From assembly GCA_964016885.1 (NCBI GenBank), contig OZ024746.1:87172001-87236000 (forward strand): a stretch of 64,000 nt of DNA, in the 5' to 3' direction. Below, piece by piece: positions 1 through 14,216 of the stretch. The stretch's first letter is position 1; each line of letters opens with the position of its first letter. The translations under genes and the position numbers were made by a program. Below the pieces are notes generated by a model that saw only the letters and a list, made by a program, of their open reading frames with translations, was not told the origin of the DNA and did not search any database. Origin of the DNA: Eledone cirrhosa (lineage: Eukaryota).

Positions 1-72
1 GAGACTACGGTTTATTAACTAAGACCCGGCTACAAACACATTCATAAACGTCCACACACGTATATCCACCTG

Positions 73-132
<60 letters not shown>

Positions 133-154
133 CACACATACATGTATGTATATA

Positions 155-1027
155 CGAGGTGTGTCAGAAAAGTTCCAGGACTGATGTCACAAAAGATTTA
201 TTTCAAACCCAAATTTCACACTGAGAGTTTTCTCCTTCAAAGTGATCCCTCCGGAGTCTAATGCAGTTTTCCATCCTTTTCTGCCGCGCCTGCATGCAGT
301 CCAGGAAGGATTCTTCCGGGATCCACAGCAGTTCCATCGTCACGGCCTTTTTGATATCGTCCACGTTTTCAAAACGGGTCCCCTTGATGACCCCCTTCAG
401 CATCCATGACTCATCACCGGTGATGACTGTCCCTAGCAAGTCTGGTTCGGTTTCAAGACGCTCGAGGATATCCTGGCACACTTCCATGCGTCGACCCTTC
501 TGGTCATCGTTCAGCAGTTTTGGCACCATCAGTGCGCAGACTTTCCGCATGTCCAAATCTTCCGTGAGAATCTTCCAGACGTTGTCCCGATTCATGACCA
601 GCTCATCTGACCCGATTCATTCCCAGCTCATACGCACCATCTGACTGACGCACTCAACGTTGACATCAGTCCTGGTTGCTGAGGGCCTTCCGCTCCTGCG
701 GTCATCGTCCTTCTTTAAACCTCTTGTACCGCTCAAAAACACATGAGCGTGACATCGTCTCATCTCCATACACTTGCTGCAGCAATCCCAGTGCCTCTGA
801 CGGAGTTTTCAATTTTGTTCGTTGCTCTGTGCTCATTGCTTGACGACCTGAAACAGAGGACATGTATATACAATTATGAAGAAAAAAGTTTGATCGCTGC
901 AGAGAGCTAAGATTACAGTTACATACTCCAGGGGGATTACTTTGACGGAGAAAACTCTTAGTGTGGAGTTTGCGTTTGAAATAAATCTTTTGTGACATCA
1001 GACCTGGACATTTTCTGACACACCTCG
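155..1027 (-). mobile_element. Mariner (Tc1/mariner) DNA transposon, internally deleted and frameshifted
   Basis: ~55-bp TIRs (cgaggtgtgtcagaaaa...gatttatttcaaac at 155-208; inverse at ~974-1027) flanked by TA. Transposase pieces: HTH region (VYGDETMSRSCVFERYKRFKEGR), WVP-like (ALMVPKLL), first catalytic motif (VITGDESW) fused directly to the C-terminal KGTRF region. Confidence 0.92.
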
Positions 1028-1346
1028 TATATATATATATATATACATGTATGTGTGTGTGTGTATATATATATATTTATTTATATACAGGTGGATATAC
1101 TTGAGCGGACGTTTATGAATGCGTTTGTGGCTTATCTTCTGCACTGCATATGTATATGCATTGCAGAAGATAAGCTGCGTATACATGGTTGTTACGCTGT
1201 AACATCTTGAGGATTACCCGGTTTGAATGATCCAAAAGCACTTTCACCAGTAGTGTATTCTATCTAAATGTTGCTGCTTAGGACTGACGTAGTATACAAT
1301 ATACAAATTATAAGTAGTTAAGTTATTTCACCATAAATTCTTTATT

Positions 1347-1396
1347 GCATGATATATATTTCTGTAATTGGTTATGCATGTGACTTCATCAGATGC
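1347..1396 (-). ncRNA. Type I hammerhead-like motif, degenerate stem II
   Basis: Minus strand: gcat-CTGATGA-agtcac...ttaca-GAAA-tatatat-C-atgc. Stem I gcat/atgc, palindromic helix III, AUC site. Confidence 0.55.
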
Positions 1397-1639
1397 TCAT
1401 ACAATCATAGGTGTAGTTGTGAACTCATGTGGATTTGACGCTGGCCAGGTATTACCTTCCAGCCATGATGGCAGTACACATATATATATACCATAGAAAA
1501 AATAGAAAGATCAGAAATAGAAAATAACTGTGAACAGCACTTATATATATATATATAAATGAGGATTTCTCATGAATGAAACAGTTCTAGTCCTGTTGAA
1601 GCTCTTCCATATTAAAACTATATATATATATATATATAT

Positions 1640-1750
1640 ATAGGAGAAAGTATGACCCCAACGGCAGACCTCAAGCTGTTTTGACGGCTATTTCTGGACT
1701 AAAGTAAGAGTTTTTGTTAGTCTGGTAAATAACATTTAAAGGGGTACTTC
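1640..1750 (-). repeat. Decayed PLE pseudo-LTR piece, same family as the 27432 hairpin
   Basis: taggagaaagtatgaccccaacggcagacctcaagc...ctggactaaa resembles 27432-27495. An HHR-like layout remains (acccc/ggggt stem I) but the core has decayed. Confidence 0.5.
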
Positions 1751-2907
1751 CTTATATGGGAAGATTGTAGTTGTCAAGAGGATTGGTGAAAATTTGTAAC
1801 AGACACAGAAAAGTCTATCATGGCAGTGGGTGTGGAGTGGGGGTGGTGAACTTGCCTGTAGAACAATAGGGAAGTGGGTAGAGCCGGTTAAGCGTTGAAG
1901 GTGAAATCTGCACAGCAAAGTATAAGGAATGTGTATCAAAGTAAGCCAGGGGAGGTAGGCGAAAAAAGGTTTCTTTAGAAAATGGAGGAGGGACGTTATA
2001 GAAAGGGTAAATTAAATGAGAATTAGGGGGCAAAGGAAAAATATAATAAAAAAGAATATAATTAAAATGAGAGACAGATATATCAGAATGTAAGAATGGA
2101 AAGTGAGAAGTGAAATAAAACAAAAACTAAGGAGTCTAACACAGCTGCTATATTTAGTTTTCGGCCAATGCTATAGAATGGGTTGCCAGATGAGAATTAT
2201 TGAACATTTAGAATTGGGTATTAAAAATTAATACCAAATCTCTGGGGTCTAACACAGCTGCAATGATTAGTTAGTATAGCGAAATCTGCGAATGCTATCT
2301 GTAAGTTACTGGGGTGGGGGTACTGAGGCTAAAGAGGCCCGATGGGCTGCTTCAGTGTAGGCGAAAGGGGGAAAGCACTATCAAGCTATCGTACAGCACC
2401 ACACCTAACTTCGCACAAAACATCGTTTCCTCAAACAACAAAAAACTTGAGCCCTATAGAAGAAACAGCCTAGTGGAGAACCGACCAGGAGGTGTAACTG
2501 CCCTGATAGATCTACGTGTCCCCTCAATAACAGGTACCGAGAACGTAACGTGATCTACCAGTGTAACGTGAGGACGGACACCTCCAACAAAGCTTATATA
2601 GGATTAACCGCTTGTGACTTTAAGACCCGGCTCTTCCAATACCGACATACGTTCCGAAACCTGGTCCGGGTATATATCTATGTATATATATGAGTACCAG
2701 GTTCAGTCGCAGCAAACCACAGTAAGGTCGTCAATACATTAGTAGAGTGTATACAAAAAAATTAATATAGAAATGGTTTCTATTGGACTAGAACTGTTTC
2801 CCTTTCGAATGAAACAGTTCTCGTCCTGTAGAAATATATATAGTTTAATAAATAAACAGAGAACAAAAAGCAGAAAAACAAAGGGGTAGTACAAATGATA
2901 TTAGTAT

Positions 2908-2963
<56 letters not shown>

Positions 2964-4531
2964 GCAGACAGATAGATAGATATATAGATATAGATATGTG
3001 GGTGTCCAACCAATACTAATTTTGCTCAATGAAGGAAATTATAGTCAGAACATAATAAAATTTGTATTTCTTTGTATTTCGGAACAACAAACAAGATAAA
3101 GAAAAACATATTTATTTACTTAGAACGTCCCTATTACAGATACATGGAGTACAACCCAATATCTATATCTATATCTACATATACAACCCACTTCTAAAAT
3201 ATCCGTGTATCAAATTACAGGCATGACGTGTTTCTCAACCAATAACTATAAGAGAAATCATATATCCATCTGGAACTGAACTGTAAACCATATGGTTATG
3301 AAACAGAATCGCTGATCCCATAAAAGTACTTCCGAATTAGTTTAGTTTTTTCTTATTTTAATAAGTTGTTGTCTATCAGTAAATCATATATTGGAAACAT
3401 AACATCGAATACTCTTATTCGTATTCAGATATCTACAAGAAGAACGAACTGTATTGTATCTCATGATGATTTCAGCGTGATTAAATACGACAAAACTTAG
3501 TTGTTGAAAGCCTTATAATATATTAATGTTCAGTATTTAATTTTCATCGGAAAAACTCTTTTTACATGAATGAAAACTGGAGGCGCTCGTTAGCGCAGTA
3601 AATCTATTTAGCGATGGAGTTTGATATTTTTTTGTAATGAAATGAGATAAAGAAAATAAACTTTCGGGATGACTTTACCAAACAAATAAAATGCCCGAAA
3701 TATTGACACAGAACATGGATTTAAATGTCTGGATGTGTTGGAAACTGATGGTATAACAAATGGAATAATGATAACAAAATCAGTTGAGAATGAGTGGGTG
3801 GGGTAACACATATTTTAAAACCTCAAATCGGCTCAATATCATAAATACTATCAGCTTGATTATCTCACGAGAAGTAAACTTCATCGCGTATAACACTGAT
3901 ATAAGGAAATGTATAAATGAAGAACAAGAAAACGTGCGTAGAATATCAAGGAAGCTGGTGACAATGTACAGAAACTTATAACTACAGGCCGATATGGGTA
4001 GGTTATATTTTAGCATAAAAAGGAGATGACATTGGCTGATAAACGTAAAAAATTGTGCGAAGAGGGAGCAAGATACCTTGAGGAGGTGTGTTGCTGATAT
4101 TGAAGAAACGCCGAAGTAACAGTATGATAAAATATACTAAGTTGAGAAGACATAGTAAGTTACGGGAAATATAAATTGAAACTCACAAAACAAAAAAAAA
4201 AAACATATGAAGAGAAATGTTATCATGGATGTATTTCTATTAAAAATATAAGTCATCTAACTCAAAATTCCTGATCAAATTCTGAACAATGACAATAATA
4301 GATTCTATGTAGAGATCTAAATGGCAGAATTATATGTAGGAAACTGTATAAGGCTGGATTAAATATTAAAATTACAGAATGCTAGATTAAACCTAAACAT
4401 TGTAGACGGTAATGTTACATTAACAAACCGAATATAATTTCTGTACATCTAAAAGTGCATTCTTCTTTTTCTACATATACTCCACACCATGTAAGCTACT
4501 GTAAATATTCAGCGTAAATAATTTTACTGTA

Positions 4532-5764
4532 CACGAAGTGGGAGGGCTGAAACATGCAATGGCTGAATATGAAGGAATCATGCTCGTGCTGTAAACCATG
4601 CATGCATTTACTTCAATTCTTATTAATAAGTGCATTGATCATTTTTTCGGCTAAACTACCATCGGACTCTTCAAACACGACTTCAAAAGTAGTTCGTACC
4701 GATTCTCTAGAAAATGAACAAAATTTGTCATTCTATTGGTACTCTATCTATACTTCATCATTGCACTGTATCAAGTAGCTGCAGAGAAAGGATTTAGCCT
4801 TCGAGGAATTTCTTGCTGACATGGTTACCACATTATGAGATGATGCTCCAGGTTTGTTAACAGTGCAAAATGGGCAGTTGAATTTAGGAGGGGAAAATCT
4901 TGAAGATGAGCCAAGGTCTGGACGTCCTGGAACGGCCCCACCTATGAACCGATTGATTGTTTTCACCATATGTTGATGGCTGACAGGCGATTGAGTACAA
5001 ATCAAATAGCCAATGATGTTAGGATATCCCGTGAATGAGTTGGTAATATTCTGTACAATGAACGTGGCACGGGGAACATTTCTGTTTGCTGGGTGCCATG
5101 TTTTCTGATACCTGGTCAAAGGCACATTATCTGATCACATCATGATTCAGATCTAGCTGGTTTTACATGAACGCTTCCTGACCTAAGATGAGTGTTGGAT
5201 TCCTCACTTTCAGCTAGAGAAGAAGAGACAATCCATGCGGTGAAATTACCCCTCCGCACTTGCTTCAAAAAAGGACAAGGACGTTTAAACTTCAGGGAAG
5301 CAGATGGCCTCAGTCCTTCGGGATGCAACATATATTCTGTTTATTGACTACCTTCAGAAGAGCCACACCATCAATTGAAAGTACTATGCCAACATGCTGA
5401 GGCAATTATGAAAGGCTAACTAGAACAATCACTCAGGAAACTAATGAAAAGTATTTCAATTCATCGGGACAGTGCTCCACATAAAATTCCATTATCGAAA
5501 TGGCTGCTGTGGCTTTGAATTGGTAAGTACCATCCATATTCATCGTTCTTGTTCCCATATGAAACAACACTTGGCTCTGAACTAGTATCGTGATGACAAT
5601 GACGTTGTAGACCAATATGATGACATCTTATTTAACATTAGAATCCAAGCAACATTATAGACATTTATGGAACGCAAGGAGAACTATGTTGAAAAACAAA
5701 CCTAATTTGCTCGTATCCCATAATAGTATCTTCTCAGCCTATGAACGTTTCAACCGATCTCGTA
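4532..5764 (+). mobile_element. Degenerate near full-length mariner element
   Basis: Imperfect TIRs (cacgaagtgg..gctgaaa / tcagcctatgaacgtttcaaccgatctcgta). Broken reading frames give mariner motifs such as EFLADMVTT, LEDEPRSGRP and IDYLQKSHTIN-KYYA. Confidence 0.8.
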
Positions 5765-6124
5765 TTTCTTTATTAAATTGGCAATCTATTGGTTAAATAC
5801 GGAATATATACTGTAATGGATGTACTGTAGCTTTGAATCCCTTTAATCTATGTTAACAATAAATTATTCAGCAAGTTTTGTATTGTAATATTTATTCGGC
5901 ACTTAATGCCTTGATATTTAAACCAGCGTACTTAGGCTTGGGTGTTTAATCCGGCATTTGAATTTCTTTGTATATTTACTATGCAATCAAACAGCAACAT
6001 CCTACTTATTTGATTCTTCTCACAAATAATCAGGCACTGAATATATTCGGCAGTCTATTTTATTTTCAAATAGTTTGGTACTTTATGCTTTCTGAATTTT
6101 GTATGGAAAATGCTTTCTACATTT

Positions 6125-6290
6125 AGATGGGGCGCCACCTGCTGCGACAGTTTCTCCGCCTCCAATTTAGTCGCTTCGGCCACCAATTCCGGCATCGCAG
6201 CCTGTCTCGCAGAAGAACGTAAAATAAACAAATATCGGGGTTTGTCCGTCCGCTTCCCCTTCGCACAGGTCGTCGTCGACCTTTGTATCT
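6125..6290 (+). mobile_element. Fragment of the restriction-like endonuclease domain of a CRE-type non-LTR retrotransposon
   Basis: WGATCCDSFS...GIAACLAEERKINKY...FPFAQVVVD matches the WDATxxD...AAxxAExxKxxKY pattern of CRE-clade C-termini. Confidence 0.6.
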
Positions 6291-6729
6291 CAGAGAGCTA
6301 TGAAATTTTATTCGCCAAGGAACCTCTACTGAACAAACTCTCTGAAGACTGCCCGAACTGCATGCACAAGAACTTTGCAACTTTCAAATACCTCTAGCCC
6401 AATGGCTAAAAACGACTTCCTCCTTTGTACCCCTCTACCTCCTTCCCACCCATCCTCAACCTGAAATACGGCCACTATGGTTATGTGAGTATCACTTACC
6501 TATCTGCATTTTCCGCCTATAGAGCTGTTTTTATGTGCCTGTGTATATGCGTATATTTATGAGTACTTATTTGTATATATATATATATATATATATATGT
6601 GTATGTGTGTGTATGTATGTGTATATGTATATATATTAATACATATTTGTTGTAGGGTTCTTATATATTTGATATATATTTATCCTTATCGAGCCCTCTT
6701 TGGATTTTAGTCTTGAAATTTATTATTAT

Positions 6730-6778
<49 letters not shown>

Positions 6779-6917
6779 GTGTGTGTGGGGGGGGGGGGTT
6801 GTGTGTGTTTGTATATATATATATATATGTGTGTATATTATATATATATACGTGTGTATTTGTGTACGTTTGTGAAGGTAAATTTGTATGAACGTATGTG
6901 TTTTTGTCTACATTCAC

Positions 6918-6961
<44 letters not shown>

Positions 6962-7018
6962 TATATATATATATATGTATATACACATGTATATATATAT
7001 ATGTATATATATGCATAC

Positions 7019-7090
<72 letters not shown>

Positions 7091-7184
7091 GTATGCATAT
7101 ATATACATATATATATATATATACATGAGTATATATATATATACATATATATAGACGCGTTCTTGAGACTAGTAAAATGAGGTA

Positions 7185-7272
7185 TCCTCTTGATAAGTCG
7201 GCAGACCTCGCAAGGACTCTATATCTTTGATATATTGTTTTTGTTTATGCCACGAAACTACGTAGTCGAGGA
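7185..7272 (+). ncRNA. Type I hammerhead ribozyme, U3-A8 variant
   Basis: tcctc-TTGATAA-gtcggca...tgccac-GAAA-ctacgtagt-C-gagga; predicted cleavage after C7267. Confidence 0.75.
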
Positions 7273-7775
7273 ATTTAGGAACAGTTTAGGTATGATACAT
7301 TTTATTACTAATTATATCTAAATGTTTCTTCTCTCTTCATAATGTATTTTTAACTCTGATACTGGTTCAGTCTAGTTCAAACTGAATTGGTCTGTCCCGG
7401 TCATTCATTGAGCAACATCGGTGAAGTTGGCACCCTTAACTCACAGTTGGGTGCGGATGCATTCATGTATATATGTGTGTGTCCGCATGTATCTGTGTGT
7501 TTCTAAATATATTAATAACTCCCTCTGGTCGAGCAATCTTTGAAGTGTGGGGACAACTGGAAAGCTTCCATTACTCATACTTCTCGCCTTCTTCACTACC
7601 TCTTCTGCGGCCTCGATATGAATACCCCCTCCGCCTCCGTGGTATTTTCTTCGTGGTTATAAGAGGCTTAGCTCTGTTTCTCGACCGTTATATCGCGTGA
7701 CTATCTCCCCCTCCGCCTTTTGGGATTCTTTCTCACGTCGTGTAGACGCGTTCTTGAGACTAGTAAAATGAGGTA

Positions 7776-7863
7776 TCCTCTTGATAAGTCGGCAGACCTC
7801 GCAAGGACTCTATATCTTTGATATATTGTTTTTGTTTATGCCACGAAACTACGTAGTCGAGGA
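7776..7863 (+). ncRNA. Type I hammerhead ribozyme, U3-A8 variant (second copy)
   Basis: Identical motif 591 bp downstream of the first. Confidence 0.75.
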
Positions 7864-7929
7864 ATTTAGGAACAGTTTAGGTATGATACATTTTATTACT
7901 AATTATATCTAAATGTTTGTTCTCTCTTC

Positions 7930-7971
<42 letters not shown>

Positions 7972-8022
7972 GTGAATGTAGACAAAAACACATACGTTCA
8001 TACAAATTTATATATATATATG

Positions 8023-8105
<83 letters not shown>

Positions 8106-8436
8106 CCATAGATATACGCGTTAATATATATGTAACCGAATGCAATTGTTCATTATTGAATTTCATTTCAAAATCACGTTGTGGTATTTTCTGCTGATTA
8201 CAACAGTGACTGACATTCAATGTGCACAAATATATAATGGACCCCAGACAATGGTTCTGTAGAGGCTGTCGTCAACTTATGAATTCTATTTCCTTTGCTT
8301 ATAGAATAATGAATGTTGCAAAAACAGAAACTAAATTGAACGAATGTATGAATAGCATATTTCACGTTTGAAACACAGGAATCGTAATATACTTGCTGAT
8401 GTACTACATATGTAACGTATTAACAGAATCTGCTGA

Positions 8437-8870
<434 letters not shown>

Positions 8871-9131
8871 ACACGTGTATCTTTTGAGAGATATGTACGT
8901 GTATGTATGTCTGTCTGTGTGTACATGCCAACACACTACCCATGCATACGCTTCTACGCTCACGGCAACATGATAGTTGTGTATGCAAATATTCCCGTGA
9001 TTAAATAATTTTCCTATATCGGAAGGCGTTCCTTGCACACTCCAACCTACCCACATGCACATATACTTCGATGGATATATAGAAAGGGGCATAGAAAGTA
9101 ATAGAGAAGGGACTGAAGTGGTGAGATTCAG

Positions 9132-9170
<39 letters not shown>

Positions 9171-9216
9171 TGCATGTATATATATATATATATGTGTGTG
9201 CGTGCGTGTGTGTGTG

Positions 9217-9269
<53 letters not shown>

Positions 9270-9549
9270 TTTATATACATATATACATAGAGAGAGAGAG
9301 AGGGAGAAAGATAGAGGGTGTGTGTGTGAAAGGTGTAGAGATAGATGAAAGACGTATGAAAACGGAAGTTCAACGTAATGAGTATAGAAGACAACAGGGA
9401 GTGTTCGTTATATTGAGAGGTGGTGGTTAAAGAAACTGTAAAGAAGAGACAAATTTAGAACATATCAAATGGCAAACAAATGTTATAAACAGTCAGAATG
9501 TAACTCATTGTTAATTCGTATCCATTTCAAACCTATTAGTATTATTACA

Positions 9550-10106
9550 GGGTCGGTGGATTGGCGGCGGATTGGCAATATAGGTAGAGGTTTGGACGCC
9601 ATTCTTTCTACCATAGTTACGTCTCTTTACGGTCTGAGTTCAAATCCCGTCGAGGTTAACTTTGTCTTTCATCCTTACGGGGTCGATAAAATAAAGTACC
9701 AATAATGCACTGCGATATTTGCTGGTTTTGTGCCAATAGTAGAAACAATTATTAGAGGGCCCGTGGTTGGCAGTATCGGAAGAGTGGTGATTGGCAGCAG
9801 CGTAAGAGGGTCTGACGCCATGCTTTGCAGCAAAGAGTTACAGTCAACTTTGCATTTCATCCTTACGGGGTCGATAAAATAAAGCACCAGTAATATTCTT
9901 GGATAATTGCTGCCCTTGTGTCAAAAGTAGAAGAATTATTAGAGGGTTGGGCGCCCTACTTTCCAGCATAGTTACGTCCCTTTACCGTCTGAGTTCAAAT
10001 TTCGCCGAGGCTAACTTTGCCTTTCATCCATACGGGGTCGATAAGATAAAGTACCAGTAATGTACTGGACAATTGCTGGGCTTGTGCCAAAAGCAGAAAT
10101 AATTAT
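9550..10106 (+). mobile_element. Three head-to-tail tRNA-derived SINE copies (octopod-type SINE)
   Basis: A-box-like tggcagtatcgg, B-box gagttcaaatcc, shared core ctttcatccttacggggtcgataaaataaagtacca and tail agtagaaacaattatt. Copies at ~9550-9753, 9756-9940 and 9941-10106. Confidence 0.88.
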
Positions 10107-10720
10107 ATATGCGAGAGAATTTATACCGAACATATGAAGATTTCAGAAAGAAAAAAAAAGGAAACAGATCACACCACAAATGAAAGTCGACCACAATGGA
10201 AAATTCCGCATTACCACATCAAATAGTAGTAATAACAAGTAATTTGAATTTAAGCTCACAGCTAGCAATGTTGCAGCCGTTATACATATGTACATGCTCG
10301 GTTCGTCGGTGACTAAACCGGCAATACTACCAAGCTTGCTTGGTGAGGAGGTCGATTTTGGACACCATGCAGGATGAAAAACAAAACCCGTTCAAGGGCG
10401 GAGGATCGCAAGAAAGTCAGGAGCCATCCAATAAGGTATTATATTTTATTTGGAGTGAGAAAATACTAGACTTCTTTACGATATCTCTCTTGGTATAAAA
10501 ATTGCGACTTCGTTTGCATCCAGTTGTCTAGACCAGCGCTTCTTTTGGGGAAAATGCCCTCGATGTTCAGAGAGTGGGATAGGCCTTGTGCAAAGCCTTT
10601 CTTCACTTAAAAAAGCTTCACACATTCTGCGATGCATGGTATTGCTGACCATAGATAAGTCCTTAGCAGGACTCAAAAAACTAGATCTGTGATGCTCATG
10701 CTTAGGTATCAGTTGCAGCC

Positions 10721-10761
<41 letters not shown>

Positions 10762-11011
10762 AGAGAGAAGAGAGAGAGGGTCTGAAAAATGCAAAGACTT
10801 ACCTTTTATTTATTTATTCTGTATTAAGTTGTCATGTTATATGATGATTACTGAAATAAAGACACCATATTTAGTATGTATCACCGTATGTGTTTACGTG
10901 TACGTGTATGAAGGTATGGATGGCATTGCATGTGTAACTCTGTAAGTCTTTATTTATATGTTTACACGGGCATATTTCAGTATCTTTATATCTCACATGT
11001 GCATATGCAGT

Positions 11012-11196
11012 TACGAGTGTTGGCTGAAAAGTTCAGAACCTGACCAAGATAAACTTAAATGATGTTTATTTTTCATAGTAGTCCCTAAATAGAAATAATG
11101 CAGTGACTAACGAGAAGATTTGAAATGTATGCATCATTCCTTCATAGCATCATTCCGTCATAGTCAGGCTATGAAGTTTTCAGTTCACCCTCCTAT
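11012..11196. mobile_element. Mariner-derived MITE
   Basis: Imperfect TIRs tacgagtgttggctgaaaagttca...ctga / tcaggctatgaagttttcagttcaccctccta, similar to the 4532-5764 termini; no coding capacity. Confidence 0.65.
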
Positions 11197-12744
11197 AACA
11201 GACCGGTTTTCTGAAATGTTTTATATTTATTTACAGTTCCAGTTCCTTTAATGGACGGTATTCGCAACTTCCTAACGGAGAAGATTCAGACTGACGCTGA
11301 TGCCAACACTAAAAATCTATTTTACAAATTATTACGAGAAGTCTGTAGTCATTATTCTTTCTTTAAAAAATCGCCAGATGTCAACGTCTTTCTTAGATAC
11401 CGAATGGATGTACTTTGAGGTGGAGCTACAGTTCAATAAACATAATAGTAGACCGTATAAATCCGATGAGACTGAATTCCTAATTGCGAATCCTAGATTA
11501 ATCATATTGGATGGGTGCAGTGTTTAATGGAAAAGGATCATTGAAAAACACTTGTGTAGCGCATGAAAGGATGAAGGGGTTTATGAAATGTGTCTGCATA
11601 ATATTACTTGTCATTGATTTTCTTCGCTCAAAACTTTCTGTACAATGTCTGTTACCGGGTTTACTTCAGTAAACTTTTTTTAGAAATCATCTGGCAAGAC
11701 ATTTAAGATATCATGTTGATTATGGTCCCTTTGCCTCTGTGCGGAAATCAATGTGCTTTGAAAGATCATTGAAACAAACAGATAACCGAAGTGGCAGTAA
11801 CATCACCGCTGTTGCATATGCTGAAGCCAATCTATGTCCTTGAGGGCTAAAACATCAGACGCGTGGAAGAAAACGAAACATCATAGCAATTTTTCTAGAG
11901 TCAGTTGCACATGTTCTTTATTTAATTGGAAATATTTTTTCTTTGTATTAGTATATGTTTAATTAATTGATTCGGTTTATTTATTCCAGCTACGTATATA
12001 ATATACATACACATACGAAGAAAACACCAGCCTTCCCCACACATCTTGCACAAATCTGTAATTCAAGGAGACAGTCCTCATACACTTAATCCACACTTTC
12101 TCTCATTGGGCCTTAAGCTAAGTGTCCACCTGTCTGTGAATTTCTCGATCTTTTAAACAATAATTCCATGTGCAGGTGGCTGTATAGTTCGTACAACATC
12201 TGGAATATTCATCCTCAAAACAGATGGGCTTGTACCAATCAATAAGTCATGTGCATATAATAAATAAAACCAACAAAGTAAACCACTCATATATTAAACA
12301 TTGTGTATCTAGATACATTAACAAGAAAGAAACTTCTACAATGCTATATCCATGGGTCTTTTTTGGCTTCCAGTATTCATAATTTTGATGAAGGAAACTC
12401 TAATTGGCCCCCCACTAAATGTTAGGCAAATACATACTATCATCACAATACCATTGTACGTATCGTATTGTTATGAAGTAAGCTATTCTTAGATATACGT
12501 AAGTACGATAATAAACGTACAGAAAAACCATCTAACAGTATACATTATAGCCTCTCCAAATAGCCAAATCCCATTCAAATTGCTACTACGGTAATGATAT
12601 ATCAAAGAGAAATTGGAGAATGTAATTTCAGTTACACTACCAGATAAACATATGTCATAGTAGGGGTTGGAATACCTACGGCTTTAAATCATCTCTATCA
12701 GGCTGCTCTATAACACACGATCAACACCAATAATTAATTACGAA

Positions 12745-12775
<31 letters not shown>

Positions 12776-14216
12776 TGTGTGTGTATGTGTGTGTGTGCGT
12801 ATGTGTGTATGTGTGTGTGTGTGTGCGTGTGTGTGTGTGTGTGTATGTGTGTGTGTGTGTTTATTTAATGCCCTATGACACAACTATAATCATTTACTTA
12901 ATCCTTTCATTCAGAATTCTTCAAACATAGCAGTGGATTCTTTCAAAGACAATATATGTCAGCAAGAGGAAATATTTGACGGAGTTCACTCTGATTTTGC
13001 TTTGACAGAGTAAATATGGTTTCAAACTATTTCGTAGGGCAATCTCTGGTGGTACGTCAGTTGTCAATGAATTCACAATCTAATTGAATCTAATGAAAGT
13101 GAAATAAATGCAACAGGAGGTGCAGAAACAAAGATGCTGATTTTCATAATAATCAGATTGTTTAACTTTTGTATTTAGTGTACGTAGGTGATGATTATGG
13201 TTCCGTGATTACATTTATACCAGATTACATTTATACCAGATATAGAATTCAATGAATGCAACTGTAGTGAAAACAGTTTCACATACACGTTTATTTAATA
13301 GTATTTCGAAAACACCCGCCTGAAATAAATACTTATATAATCGTAAATGAAATCTATTAATTTTGCTGATCAAACATTAGGCTTAAGTGCAGTCGCTTTT
13401 GATCAACAGACATCAAACGCTATAAAGTAATAGGGAATATGAATTATATTTCATGTTCAAATAAAAGGCCAACAGTGTTTATAAATCCTCATAGATTTAT
13501 TTTCTAGAGGGGAATGATGGAGCTGCATTTATCAGTATTAATTGCAATGCCAACCTTTGAATTATACCATCTCTGTAACGGTTAATTATGCTGACATGTA
13601 CTTCATAATTAAAATATAATCGCCATACATCTATAAGTCCGACTTAGATTAACATGTTTATTCACGGTTATGCATCTCTATAATTATTTCTATGAAAGCA
13701 TTCTCCGAGAGAGTTTACATAGACTACGCTATATTATCGTTTTTATTGTTAGTTTTAGATTTGATAGAAACACAATTCTTTTCACCATGGTTTGAAAAAA
13801 TCCGTGAAGAAATCGCAGCTCTGTGTTTCAAACGCAGAAAGTATGAATTAACGGGAGCGCGCCTTTGTTGACTTTCGACATTTTAGAGATAGCAAAGAAA
13901 TCTGTTTCAGCGTATTCACAACCGGCATGAAAATGGAATAGCAAGTTACATAATTTACTCTAGGATACACACTATCTGGTTGATCATGGCTGTCCTGGGG
14001 CAAAGAAACAGGAGCAAATGCCAACAAATAAAAGTAGAATTAATGGCAGGGAACTCCGATGATTTGATCAGTATTCCGATGATTTGTTCAGAGGCAAACA
14101 CTGTATCACAGTTACTCAGTGAAATAACAACCCAACCAGGAACTGGGCATATCAGAGTATTGACAAAATTATACACCTCAGCAACATATGTACTTGTCTA
14201 TACCACACTACTTCGG

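Larger units (their letters stand above)
7152..7932 (+). mobile_element. 1.3 units of a ~591-bp HHR-bearing non-coding element (retrozyme / PLE pLTR-like)
   Basis: ~190-bp direct repeat (7152-7341 and 7743-7932), period 591. Reverse complement of the 51913-54137 array unit. Embedded in (TA)n. Confidence 0.85.

Noticed and set aside
2622-2672. acccg...GAAA-cctggt-C-cgggt HHR-like layout
   Set aside because: Core and stem II are unrecognisable; at best a decayed remnant.
11230-11880. Possible host exon after ttacag
   Set aside because: No recognisable protein or convincing splice pair.
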